NCBI GenBank assembly: GCA_001642005.1
Contig: LWCA01000222.1
Coordinates: forward strand, 1 to 39,863
Origin: Intoshia linei
Taxonomy: Eukaryota; Animalia; Orthonectida
Direction of reading: 5' to 3'
DNA length: 39,863 bases
The notes beneath the pieces are model-generated. The model had not been told where the DNA came from and ran no database searches. It worked only from the letters and a program-made list of their open reading frames with translations. Positions 11,508 to 24,600 of the stretch are shown here, piece after piece (within the stretch, counting starts at the first letter, position 1; the number at the start of each line of letters is the position of its first letter). A program made the translations under genes and the position numbers.

Positions 11508-14500
11508 TTAATTTAACCAAATTTTATCATGGTGTTGAAAGGTTGATAGATAACCATCAATTAAACGTAACGTATTTTCATCAATTTGAATTTTGTTAAT
11601 TTCTGAACTAGATTCCATATAAACGGCTCTTTGAATGGTTCTACCGTAGACTCTGTACATGTGAGGTAATCCAAATAAACGTGAAATAATACAACCACTG
11701 GCTATTCCAATTCTCAGTTCAACATTTTTATTGGGACATATTTGTAATTCATCCATTACTCCTAATGCAATTTTGCATATGTTGAGAGCTCTTTTTTTTG
11801 GACAAGGTTCCAATCCAATATCTCCCATTAAATACATTGCATCTCCTATTGTACACACTTTCCATGTATTATATTGTATACATTTACTGTCCAATTTTGA
11901 AAAAAGATGGTTAAGCAATGTGACGGTTTTTGTGGAATTTATTGTACTGCAAAGTCTAAATATCCATACTTATATAAAGTAAATGATGTTAAAAATGTAT
12001 CTATCTGTCTGTAACATTTTATTGACAATATGTGAAAAAATTTCAAAAAGTAAAATTCAAAGTCAGTTTTACAGAAAGATAAATTTCAATCTGAAAAATT
12101 GACACCTTCACGGTTAAAACCACACTACCCTTTTTTATGGATCATTATACTAAGTATTTTACACCATTTTTATTAAAATTTAAAAAATACCTTGTATAGC
12201 CGACCACATCTAATGCCAAAAAGGTGTTTACTTTTGTAATTAACGTTCCCTCGTGATTTGATAGTTTAAATTCCTCGATATTATAAGATATTTTATTTGA
12301 ATCATCTTTCCAATTTTTCAAATCGTTAAATTTAATATAAGAAGGATAAAAGGAAGAAACTATAACATCCACTCTTTTAACGATTTCAGTGTACTTATTT
12401 GCATAGTCATCTAAAATACCCTTTTTAGTATTCAAATAGCTGTCTGCCTTTGATAGAATTAAATTTAGAGGAGTAATAAAAAATTTTTGATTAATAGGAT
12501 AAAACTTTTTTATACTTCCCAAATCCCACCGATCTCGCATCTTTTTCTATAAATTGAATTAATAATACTATTTTGATGTTTAGTTTATCTTTTACTCTTT
12601 ACCTTTATTCCTTTTATTTATATAAAAATGAATATCTGTGTGTAACCATTTATTAAAAAAATTGACATTCGTAGAGTTTAAAAAACCCAATTTCTAGTAC
12701 AGTTTTTCCTAGCACGTGTTTTTATTTATTTTTCAGTTTCAGAATTTGAGTCCTTCATGGTAAAAAACCCAATTTCCCCTTTTTTTAAAAAAAATGAGCC
12801 CAAAAATTTAATAAAACATACATTCTAGGACGTGTTTTAAAATCATTAACATTTTCGTTAATCTCAGCATCATAAACGAATACCTTCATGGTCAAAACCC
12901 CAAATTACCCTTTGTTTTATTAATGAAACATATCCTAAAATTTTATAAAACATAAATTCTAGGATAGTTTTTAAAATCATAAACATAATATAATTTTATA
13001 TACAAATGGAAACATCAAAAAACATAATTTTCACGATCAAAACCACAAATACTCATTTTTTTTTAAAATGAAAACAGCCCTAGAATTTAAAAAAATTACC
13101 GATTGTACAGTTATATCCTGTTAACACAAACAAAAATTTTCAATCCGAATAAGTGACGCCTTCACGGTCAAAAAGACAATTTGATATTCATTTTTTTTAT
13201 GTCGAAACTATTTTATTAAAACAAAAAATTTGAAATAATTAACGATCCTACAATTAAAAAAAAGATTATTCTGATACAGCTTATTCCAGTTGATATAAAT
13301 ACTAAATTTCAAAAACAGAAATCTACTCATTCCCGGTGAAAAATAATTTTAAATTATCAATTTATCAATCAATATTTTTCAAATGTTTCGATTAAAATAA
13401 AAATGTAAATATTGATCCTACAATTTCAAAAAAAATGTGCATTGAACGTCTACACATTTCCAATAAAGAAATATGGGTGAAAATCTATACAGTAGAATCT
13501 GGTTATAAGAGACGTCAGGATATAAGGCACAAAAATCCGCTTATAGTGGACAGTATATAACAGTATACAAAAGTGCGTTAAAATTTTACAGCCAAATAAA
13601 TATTTTTATGATTGTGCGTTTCTATGAAGAATTGTTATAGTAATATGGAATAGTTACTAAAAATTGATATAACATATACAGTGGAATCCAGTTATACGGG
13701 ACAAATTGCTTGGTCCCGATGCGTCTCTTATAAGCGGATTCCACTGTATAATTCATTCCTTCAAATTTTTTTTCATTGCTATGCAATTTTTCATTCCCAA
13801 ATACTCATTTTCAAAAAATGTAACAAAATTTGAGTTTAAAACTACAACAATCAATACAACTTTGTTATTATCATTTTTGTATTTATTACAATGCTTTGCA
13901 ATGGTGGTAAAATTCATCATAAATATGTTTTTAAAGTTCTGATTCCGTTAATTATTGATACAAAATTGATATTTTTTACTCATCTAAAGCAGATACTGAA
14001 TATACAGATATATTTAAAATTTTATTTTTTCTTGAATTTAAGCTATTTATGGCAATTTTTAGGAATTACTGTTTTGTCTTTATTTTTAAAATTTATAAAA
14101 TGAATTAATTTTAAATTAAAACGTAATATGAAATTAAAGTTTAGGAACCGCCACTTTAAAGGATTGATAATAATGAGAGCATTTTTAATTAAAATTTTAT
14201 TATTGAATCTATTTTTTTGGTAGACTTAAAAAAGCTTCCCTCGGCATAGCTAGGATGCTGTTTGTACAAAGTACATAACAGTCAAGCTAGTTAATTAATA
14301 AACAAATAACAATATTTACCTTGATACAATTATCAACTAGATCGAGTAATTGACATGGATACTGACAGTTGTCTGTTGGTTCCTCATAAAAGATTGGTGG
14401 TTGAGGCGAAATGTACGTTTTGTGAGGATTCGTTAAAAAAATTTTTCTAGAAATGAGTTGTATAACCAATATACCCAACCGGTAAATTTCAGATTTAATA

Positions 14501-16648
14501 TTGTAGGCATTTACATCAGTATCATTAAATAGTTCAGGAGGCGAATATACATCGAAATGGGAGTCTGAAGATTTAAATATAGAATAATCTGTCAATTTAA
14601 ATATAATATTTTCATTATAAACACAATTGTGACAGCTAATATTAATTTTTGTAATTTTTTTATTTGCTAAATATTCCATTCCATTCAAAATATTTTGTAA
14701 AACTATAATTCTAAAGTCCCAATAAAGTGGCCAAATTGCATCTTGAATGAATGTGGTCAAAGTTCCAAAATATGTATAGTGAACCGAATAAAAGATTCCA
14801 CATTTTTGAGAATAACCATTCCATTCGACTATATTTTCATGTTTAATAGTTTTAAGCTGCATCAATTCTGAAATTTGATTTCGATTATTAACGGAAATTA
14901 CTGATGGCAATATTACTTCATGCTTTGAATCCAGTTTTTTGTGTCTATTTACAAAAAATGAATCTTTTCTGTCGTAAAATGAATACTTTCTGACGTTAAA
15001 TACATCTTTGTCCTTTTTTAATTTGTCAAAGGAAACGTAAAATCTTTCTTTAAAACGTTTATACATTATTATAGAAATGATTGTAATGACTAAAAATCCT
15101 AGGCCTGTATAAATTAGGCTTGCTAGGTTTGCATCTTTTTCGCATTTACCACAATCGATTTGACAGGTTGTACAGTTTTCTTTTAAACATATTTCATCTC
15201 CACAATAAAATTTTTGAGATACGGTCATTAATCTTGTAAATGACCATTCATATTTGGCTACTTCTATTATTATTCTTAATTTTATTTTCCCCAAGTTTTG
15301 TATTATTGCATCCGTCATTACCAATGTCACGTTTCCATATACTAGTTCGTATTTGTAAGAATTTAGCTAAATTATACAATATATTGTATACATATTAGGG
15401 GTGTGCATTTAATACACAGAAGATACAACATATTTCTTATAAAAAAACAATCAAAATGTCTAAGCCTTAGAGCAGTGGTTCTCAACCCGTGTTCCGCGAA
15501 ATTTAATTGGGGTTCCGTAAAATATAAATGCGATATTTTTCAATTTAAAGTTTTTCAAAATAAATAAATTTAAAAAATATAAATTAAAAAGTTTCTAAGT
15601 TAATAAAACCAAAAATCAAATTTTGATGTGCTTTTTTAATTAAAATAAATATGATCGGTCAACTTAATTAAAATACTTTTTGTGTTTATTTTAAATTAAC
15701 TTTTTTAGAATTTAAAAATTTTTATTTTAAGCCAGTTTTTCTGATTTCCTATGATTTAATTCTGCATTTTAATATATTCAGTATTTATTTTGATCAAAAA
15801 AAGTCATAAAATAGATTGTATATGTTATATATATAGGAAATATCCAAATTATAAGCTTATTTGAATTGACATAATTAAGCATAAACAACGGGCAAAGTTG
15901 GTGTCTGTAGAAGAACTTCGTGTATGTCTCTCTAAAACACGTCCAAGAATTAAAAACCTCTAAAAAATATCAGGCCCAAATTTTTCATTGAGAAGGCAAA
16001 ATAAATTTTTTTATTAAAAATCAATATGTTTTATAAATGCGATATACGAAAAAAAAATTTTTTGATTTTTTGAAATTTCATAAGAGTTCCACGCAGTCAA
16101 AAAGGTTGAGAAACACTGCCTTAGAGTAATAATAATTTTAAATTTTCATCCATGTGAATTGCGCAATTATGAAATAATAATAACGATAAATTATATAATT
16201 ATTTCATCCACATTAAGTTAGATTTTCAATGTGAATTTATTTTATTGGTATAATAAAAATGGGGTCTCGGCAGAGCTATGTGCTGTTTGTACGTAGTACA
16301 TAAAGTCAACCTAGTTATTATTTATTTAATATATAATATATGTATTACTAATATTATATTTGTCAAGTCCATCAACAGAAATCTTGAACTTATGTATTCA
16401 GATTGTTTAAAATTTGACCCGGGCGTCGTTATGGTTAAATTCAAATCCAATTTAATCTTTAAGAGAAATGGCACATATGCGTAACCAATTGCGTTGTCTG
16501 ATAATTTGATTTCAATGTTTTCAACATTGCAAATATTCAATTTCTTCATTTCTATTTTATCGAATAGTATACACTCGTAATTATTGCATTGTATTTTTAT
16601 CAATAGTAAAAAAATATAAATCCAATTTTTTAATTGAACTTTGGACAT
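11508..16648 (-). CDS. Atypical receptor guanylyl cyclase-like protein, about 713 aa (signal, short ectodomain, TM, pseudokinase, coiled coil, degenerate class III cyclase)
   Basis: Exons 16648-16349, 15366-14320, 12546-12191 and 11946-11508 join in phase (2142 nt). Kinase-homology motifs KHENIV, LNGMEYL, NISCHNC, KLTDYS; signalling helix NLILSKADSY...SFYPSYI; cyclase motifs LDVVGYT, KVCTIGDA, LRIGIASG, MESSS..KIQI. Confidence 0.85.
11963..12140 (+). mobile_element. Helitron 5' fragment in intron 3 of the cyclase gene
   Basis: A|TCCATACTTATATAAAGT...TATCTGTCTG, resembling the Lep1-type Helitron 5' end, plus the family-A module ACACCTTCACGGTTAAAACC. Confidence 0.65.
12588..14290 (+). mobile_element. 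Putative full-length non-autonomous Helitron (about 1.7 kb) occupying most of intron 2 of the cyclase gene
   Basis: A|TC start (exact 5' base uncertain), about 130-150-bp internal subrepeats (CTTCA.GGTCAAAACC at about 12750, 12880, 13030, 13160), and hairpin + CTAG|T at 14242-14291. Confidence 0.6.
13490..13746. mobile_element. pogo/Tc1-type MITE nested in the Helitron
   Basis: TA-flanked 25-bp TIRs (left CAGTAGAATCTGGTTATAAGAGACG; right, reverse-complemented, CAGTGGAATCCGCTTATAAGAGACG), with an extra internal TIR copy at 13679. Confidence 0.8.
15473..16118. mobile_element. hAT (Charlie/Buster-type) MITE, 646 bp
   Basis: TIRs CAGTGGTTCTCAACC / GGTTGAGAAACACTG with a perfect 8-bp TSD CCTTAGAG (15465-15472 and 16119-16126). 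Confidence 0.92.
16267..16314 (+). mobile_element. Helitron 3' terminus in intron 1 of the cyclase gene
   Basis: TCGGCAGAGCTATGTGCTGTTTGTACGTAGTACATAAAGTCAACCTAG|T. Confidence 0.7.
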
Positions 16649-16899
16649 GTTTTATAATCAATAAAATTTTTATAAAAATGTAGTGCGTTATAATTTGACT
16701 TGTGCGTTGGAAATCCTAATTATCTCTTAGACACTACGATTTAACTTTGACTATTATTGTTAGTAACTTTCATATTATTGAAATTTCAAATTACTCATAT
16801 CTGAGTAATGCGAAGTCTAAGGGTTAATAAACAACTTGGAATTTCAGAAAAATTTTTACAAAAAAAGGAATTTGCGATGAAGATACATATATATTATGT

Positions 16900-17150
16900 A
16901 TAAGATTTTGAAATTGATCATAATGTTAATAATTTTAAAATCTTTATCAGATTATATTTTTTTTATAATTCTAAGATCCATTTTAATTTAAAAAGTTTTT
17001 GACCTTGAAGGACTCAATTTCTGAAGATGAAATGTGCAATAAAACTTCACTCTTGAAAAAATGTAATAGAAACATGGAATTTTAAAACTTTTCCTCTTAA
17101 ATAAACTGGAAAAAACAGATACATTTGTAACTAAATTAATTCATACAAGT
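16900..17150 (-). mobile_element. Helitron family A fragment
   Basis: TTTTGACCTTGAAGGACTCAATTTCTGAAGATGAAAT...TTTTAAAAC..TTCCTCTT, homologous to 2300-2460. Confidence 0.6.
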
Positions 17151-18124
17151 AAAGATATGTACTATTGGAATGCACGTCACTACCAAGTAAACTAGGAATA
17201 GTTCGTTATTTCGTATTTATAGCCTATTTATTTTGGATTTTAAGGACTGTTGAATTCAGTATAAATCAAAGTATTATTAATATTTTTCTCAATAATTAAC
17301 TTTCGTAAAAATGACATAATAATAAAGATAGAAATTAATTTAAAAAAATAAAATAAATATCTGAATGATGGAAATGAACCCAAGGCGTTGTGGCCATACA
17401 AACTGTAGTATCTCTATACATACCATTTTACTAAAGTTATAAAGATACTAATTATTACTCAATAACTTAAGAATCTTTAAATAATGTAAATATTAATTGT
17501 ATTTTAGCTTAATTAAATAAATAATTATCATATTTATTACACAAACGACAATTAAAGTAATACAAAATTGCATTACACTAAATTTAGCAAATTATCGTTA
17601 GTTTCAATTTTTCATGACTACACCAAACCTACACTACAAATATGTAGAGCCCTTAGAAAGAAGAAAAGCTTACCCTTAGCCCAAGAAATTAACAAATTTA
17701 AGAAAAAATTACACCCTACTATACTCAGGAAACTGTGAAAAATGATGAGATTCCTCAATATATCACAAAGCAATAGATTTAATATAACAAATGTATAAAT
17801 AAATAAAACTTTTGAGGATAACAAATGAAAAAAATACTGCTAGTTTTTAAACCCTAGGAAACCCCTTACTCAAAATCATGAATTCCGTGCAACAGTTTAG
17901 AAATTGTTTATAGTAAATAAAATAAGTATTTTGTCAACAACATATATTGACCATATTTATTAGCTTATTACTGAGTTTATCACTAAAACACATCATCGTT
18001 TCCCGAGAAATAGACAATATTAAAAAATAAACTGTACCAAAAACACAAAGAATCGCTACTAGGACAAACTATAAACACATCTGAATAACTGTGTCTATTT
18101 GACTACAACAGTAAAACTAAAGTA

Positions 18125-18576
18125 ATGATTGGAGAAAAGATTAAAAAATTAGTAAATGTTTTTTGGGTATTCCTCATGATCTATCTTGTATACAAAACAA
18201 GATACCCATTAATATTATTCTACGGTGAAAATTTAAAATTAAAGTAAAAACAACCATTACATTTTTACACATATATTTTAGCACGATACATTACATTGCC
18301 CAATTGTCCCTTGTGACCATTTTCTCGACAATAATATATGTACTATTACAAAAACATGAAATTGACGAATTGGTGAACCAAGAACCATATCTTGTACCTT
18401 TTTGCACACTGGCGATGGCCATCAACACTATATCGTAACTCAATTAAAATGGAAATGCATTAACAAAATTTAGATCAATAATATGTTTATATGAATCTAA
18501 TGGTTTGTACTCAATACCAATATTTGGAGCCATCGTGTACGGTACCACGTGTTCAATAGTATTTCTACCGGGATGA
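18125..18576 (+). CDS. TMEM128: Transmembrane protein 128-like, 124 aa
   Basis: Exons 18125-18243, 18282-18434 and 18474-18576, with 38- and 39-bp introns: MIGEKIKKLVNVFWVFLMIYLVYKT...ELVNQEPYLVPFCTLAMAINTISSIICLYESNGLYSIPIFGAIVYGTTCSIVFLPG*. Four hydrophobic segments; the FW, P.L.P and C-terminal pattern recall TMEM128. Confidence 0.75.
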
Positions 18577-18622
18577 AAATTTTTAATATTTACAAATTTA
18601 AAATAAAATATTTAAATATTGA

Positions 18623-21600
18623 CTACACCCAAAAAATAATGACCCCATCACGTCCAGAGGTAGCGAATATGTTTTCGGTGAAATCATTTTCAATTATAAC
18701 AATGTCGGTAATGGAATCGTGGTGAGACGATGAAATTGAACCAAAACTGTTTGGGTATTCAGGTACAGTGTGGTTTTCTTTTGAATTCAATACAAACTCG
18801 TTCATTGTAGGGGAGTCTCCATTGTTGATCAAACTAAACAAAATGTATGCGCAATTAAAAGTTTAAAACTCGTAGAAAAATTTAGATTTAGATTTTTCGT
18901 CGTCTGAATTTTTGACAACAACTTTGCATTTTAAAGGATTCGCTAAATCCATGTATCTAATTCGTCTGTCTGTAGCGGTACAGAGAATGTGACCAAAAGG
19001 CTTTTCTTCAGAAATACTACCCGGTATATACTGATATTTGGTGACTGTTAAATTTTCCTTCTGAATTAAAATATAACTAAACAAAATTTAAACAAACCGC
19101 CTTTTTAGATTTTGCCGGATAATCACAAAGATTGACATTTAATAGTGTCACATTTGATTTTACATCATAAAAAGTGAAATCCTTGTTACCCAGTTGACTA
19201 TAAATCAACCAAGATGGATCTTGTATCTGAAGATTGTATACTGGACTCTCAATTTTACATTTTGGGTTATAATAATCCAAAGAAGTTATATAGCGAAGGT
19301 CCCATGAATGAATTAACCCATTACTCGTTCCAACCGACATCCAAGTGCCTCTTTTATCAATGTCAAAAGTGGTTATCAATCCTAGACAAATAAATTATAT
19401 CATACAATTATAAACCATGTGAAGGATCCATATTAGCAGTCCAAACTATATTATTTTGTCTAATATCCCACCCATGTATATTTGATTGACTAGTGGAACA
19501 AGCTACGGTGGAAGACATTCCAGTGATGTATGTTTTTATTCCTAGCACGCGCCCAAAAATTCTTGAAAAGTTATAATCTGTAGCACAATCATTATCTCGA
19601 TCCAAACTAAATAATACGAGTTGATATTATATATCAAATAATAATAACTAATAAAATAAAATAATTTATTAAAATTACTTGAATATTTGTAAATATTGAT
19701 TGTCAAACAAAACAACTACTCCACCAAAATAAGACAAAAAATCAATAGAATTTGCTCGTACCAAACTGACTGATTCATTTGATGTCACGTTTGAAGAAAT
19801 ACTAAAAGTTTTTTGGTGTTTAGGCGGTGAACGTCTAAACGTTGCACAAGATGAACTCTTTGGTCCGTAATCTGATACAATTTCCCACAATTTTGCTGTA
19901 CCGTCATTTGAGCAACTTGCCAATAATTTATTGGAATTTGAATATACAATTCTAATATAAAAAAATGTATACGTAATACGCATTATGTGCAATGTACATT
20001 AGTGCTACTTAAAAGAGGGTGTTTCATTTAAGCTTGGGTAGCGAATCGTGAAATTATTTATATAATAATTTAAAGGAAATTTTAAAGTAATTTACATATC
20101 AGTAGATAAAAACCCATAATTACCTTCTTTATGTAAAGTAATAGCTGCTAAAAATATGTCTGTCTGTGTAACCATTTATTTAGAAAACTGAAAGTCTCAG
20201 AATCTAAAAACACAAGCTATACGTCAGTTGATTCCACTGCAGGCAGTAATATACATTTCAATTTCACAAATATGCATATTAAACTTAAAATACCCCTAAA
20301 ACTAAACAACAAGGTCCGTGAATTTTAAAAACATAATTTCCTATACATTTTAGTTGGTTAATGCGGCGAATATTTATTTTAGTGATGTATTGTTAGATCA
20401 TTGCTTCCCAATACAAATAGTGTATGGACTTTCCAATATTTATTTTTTGGACCCTAAAGAAAACATCGTGTCATCATTTGGTAAAATCGTGTTTTTCAAA
20501 AAACTATTGAAAAAAGGAAATTTTTCCATTAAGGGTTAGTAAAATTGAATTTTTTAAATTTTTGGGTTAGAAAGTTGTTGCTCATATGATTTGGTAAAAT
20601 CTTATTTTTCAAAAAAATATCAAAAAAAAAGTAGATTTTTCACTGAGGGTTTGAAATAGTTTTTTATTAAATTTTATTCATGGTGGGATAAAATTGGACT
20701 TATGAAATAATAATGTAGCGGTCCTTCTAGGATTTCCGTATCCTAATAAATCAAATAAATACCCCAAATCTGGCAACTCTGTAATAAATATTAAAAATTT
20801 TCCTATAAAGATAAAAAAAAGTTAATAAATTTTTTTATATTTTATTGAAATGTCATGGACATCAGCAATATAGTTTTGCACCACTTTGAGTACAGAGACC
20901 CAAATCTGGAACCAACGTGTTAGAGCAATATATCTAGACTCTAAATAAGGGTGCACAACCTGCGACCGTTGGCAACCCATGTTATCATAATGTAATATAT
21001 CATTTTACTTCAAATTGAAAAGTTTAAATCAAATTTTATTTAAGAGAATTTAAAATATTTTCATCAAAGTTACATTTTTGACTGACAAAAGCTTTATCAA
21101 TGTCAAAGTAAATTTTATGCAGCCGTAGTATCAATGAGTAAAGTAGATTTGCGGCTGAATTGGTTGAAAGGTTGTGCACCCCTGCTGTAGATCTAGATTC
21201 TAGAACGACATAATGATCGAGTTTGCTAATTAATCATATTATTGATTCTTTTTATGAAAAATTTGGTAGAGTTTTTAAGGGAATACTTTTAATATTTGAA
21301 GGAATTTTCAACATCTTCAAAAATTGTGTAAAAATAACAATTATAAAATCTACATTTTCCTGGAACCTCAAATTTTCAATGTAGGTCCCTGGTACACAAT
21401 GTGAACTACACATGCATCACATTGAGAATGTCTGTTATAATAAAACAAAAAATACCTATTAACTGAATTAGAATGTTCATGAATGTGACAGATACCTATT
21501 AAAAAAATATAAAAAAATAAAAAAAACAAAACAAATTCCTTTAGGATTCCACACTTTAGTATGAATGGTATCAATAGATTTGTCCAAGTCTAATTTATTT

Positions 21601-24600
21601 TGATACATTTCGTTTTTTAAATTAATAAATTGAACTCCTTTTTCATCAATAATTTTTCTTATTGTATCAATATCTTTAGATACAATCTCTAAAAAATATT
21701 AACATCAATTTTAAACAAGAAAGAAGCGAGAGCGTTTAAACAGAGCTAAAACGTCAACGAGTTCATAAATTAATTTGACATCATTTTTCCATTGTCACTT
21801 AAAAATTAGTAAAACGTATCAAAAAAAAAAATCGGCTCCCATAAAAACATAGAGCTACATTTCCACGGTCGTGTACGAGTATGGGCTTGACAGTTTAAAT
21901 TTGACACACAACATAATTACAACATTTATATTCGAAAATGTGTTTTTTTAAATAATTAATTTGGAATCTGAATCACCATTTAACATAAATTTTGTAAACC
22001 CTCCGAATAGAGCTCTAGGGATACGGATATTCGGCATTGTATCATTGATACATTATAGTTCTGTTTGGGCTCGGTATACGAAAATTATTAAATACTTTTA
22101 TTTTTCTCATAATCAAGATTCATATCAGTAAGACTAGAGAAAAAATGAGATTGTCTAGAAACAGTGGTAGCAGTTTCAGAATCTTTAGAATCCAAATGAT
22201 TAAAATTTTGAGGAGTATTAAACATTGAAATCCAATCAGCTTCAATGGCATCAGTAATTTTGACATTATACTTGATGTACCCTTTTGGTAAGCACAAACT
22301 ATGAGCATGTTTAGATAAATCAGCCATCCTATAAGTAACATCAAGTTTATCCTCAAGAAGATTAAAATTTTTGTTATTAAAACACTTTGATTCTAAGCTA
22401 ATGGACATTGAATATTTTAGATTCATTTGTATTCCATTAGCAGCTTTAAAGAGAGTTTGCTTCATAAACAAAATTTTATCCTTAAAAATGGATAAATCTA
22501 CATCCTTATAAATAATTTTATCGGATTCACTTTTATCTTCAATTTGTTGAATAACAGAATCATTGTTGATGAGATAATCGTAGACCATTTTAGGTAATGG
22601 TTCACTCAATATAAAATACAATTGTTCAATTGATTTAATCCTAAAAATGTCGATATTGATGAAAGGAGCAATTTTTTGAATTAAATAATGATAAGAATTT
22701 CCGGGGTTAAGAATTTTAGAAAAGGAAAAAAAACACTGAACTGCACCAAACTTTATCCAATCATTTGGGTGAAAAAGATGACATGCTACAGATTGAGATA
22801 TACGCATAATGACAGAACAAGATAAAATTCCAGAATCAGATAAATCTCGTAGACACTCTAGAGCAAAATAAATGACCATTTCGCTATTATCATACAAACC
22901 ATCGAAAAACATTGCATCAATACATGAAACGTAATGCCACCCGAAATAAGCGCAAATTTTTGGAATGTTTTTGAAAAACAGCTCTTTAAGTGTTCCAGTG
23001 TTGTTTAAATTTAGATAAGTCATGACATGTGATAAAACTGTATCGACAGCCATTTCATACCCCAGAAATTGACAAATTTCTAGAGAATATTCAAGCAAAA
23101 GGGACCTAATTTGAATATCGTTTTCATTAAAAAAAGATTGAAAAAGTTGATTGAAAGATTTTCTCAATGTAGTCAATTCCTCGTTATAATGTTTTAAATC
23201 TTGAACTGAAAGGTATTTGTTAAGGTCTAATAAATTGCCATTTTGGTTGTCCAGTTGATTAACTTGAGTCAATTGGCATTTTTCATAAAATAAATTATCA
23301 AGTAAACGTTTCGCTTCTTGACATAACAACACGATTGATTTAACAAAGTAGAGATGAACACATTTTGATTTATCCTGCTCCAAATGAATCAACTTTTTGA
23401 CTATATATCTTACAAAAATATGTTTATTTGATTTGTCAAGTTTTCTAATTACTTTAAAAGATTCAACAATAATTTTTAAAGCATAAATTTTTATACAGGA
23501 AGCTTGATTATGGGTAAACAAGATAACGTGAGGTATAATTCTATCTAAAATGATGTGATCTGGTAACCAGATTAAAATACGATTTATAATATTTAGTGAT
23601 TTCAATTTAGTACTAACATATTTACAAATTTCGAGGTTTGAAGTAATTATCGAGAGAATAAGAATTGCTGGAGATTCATTGAGATTATCGTTTTTAAATT
23701 GATTAAAATGTCCATCGCGTTGTAAAAAATCTACAGCATCCGTAATTTTTTCAATTTTGCGCTCTGGGCTTAAATTAGGTATGGATGCAAACGCCTCAAA
23801 ATGAAGAAAAAATTTATCAAAAAAAGAAGGGAAAATTAAATTTTTATATTCAAAGGTGCATTCTTCTGCGGAAGGTCGATTTGTAGGATTTTTACTAATC
23901 ATTCTTAAAATTAATTGGCGTATATCCGGACACACAATAGTTGAAATTAAATCATTTGGACTCCATTCATCTTTTTGAAATTCAAGATGATTTTTAAATT
24001 TAAATAAAGGAGTTCCATTTAAAAAAATTTCCGCTATAATACATCCGGCTGAAAATATGTCCATTTCTGTAGTCAATACAGGACTAAATGCAGATTCATC
24101 GTCGGATTCGTCGTGACGATTAAAAATTTGAGAATTTATATTAGGGTTGACAATATTTTGTTCATTTTTATATACAGAAGATGGTAGGAAACGTTCCGGT
24201 GCGACATAACAAGTATTTAAATCAGCAAGATCAAAAAAGTAGTAAAATAAGGACGGATCATCATTAGGTAAGTATACCGGTTTGAATGGTGCAAAGTCAG
24301 CAACAACTGTCCAATTCCACGACGTTAAAAGCACATTTTGCATTTTTAAATCCCCGTGGCATATTCGTTTTGAATGACACTGTTGCAAAGCCAATAAAAT
24401 TTGATAAACTATTATACGCTTTTCAATTATTGTCAAGAAAGGACGCGACATCATTCTATCGTGTAAATTGTATTTTATATATTGACGAATAACATAAGCT
24501 GCCCTATTGCGTCTTTCTATCAATTCATAGGGTTGGCAGTTTGGTGCATTCGCTTTTAATTCCCTTGATATACGCTCCAATTCTATTAAATATTCTAGAG

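Noticed and set aside
17940-18580. Minus-strand transmembrane-like exons downstream of VPS15
   Set aside because: No consistent spliced frame; the plus-strand TMEM128 model explains 18125-18576 with two modal-size introns.
21496-21540. Apparent non-canonical GA donor in VPS15 after WNPKG
   Set aside because: A canonical GT 7 nt further on gives a 37-bp intron and restores the expected spacing WNPKGICICHIHEH.
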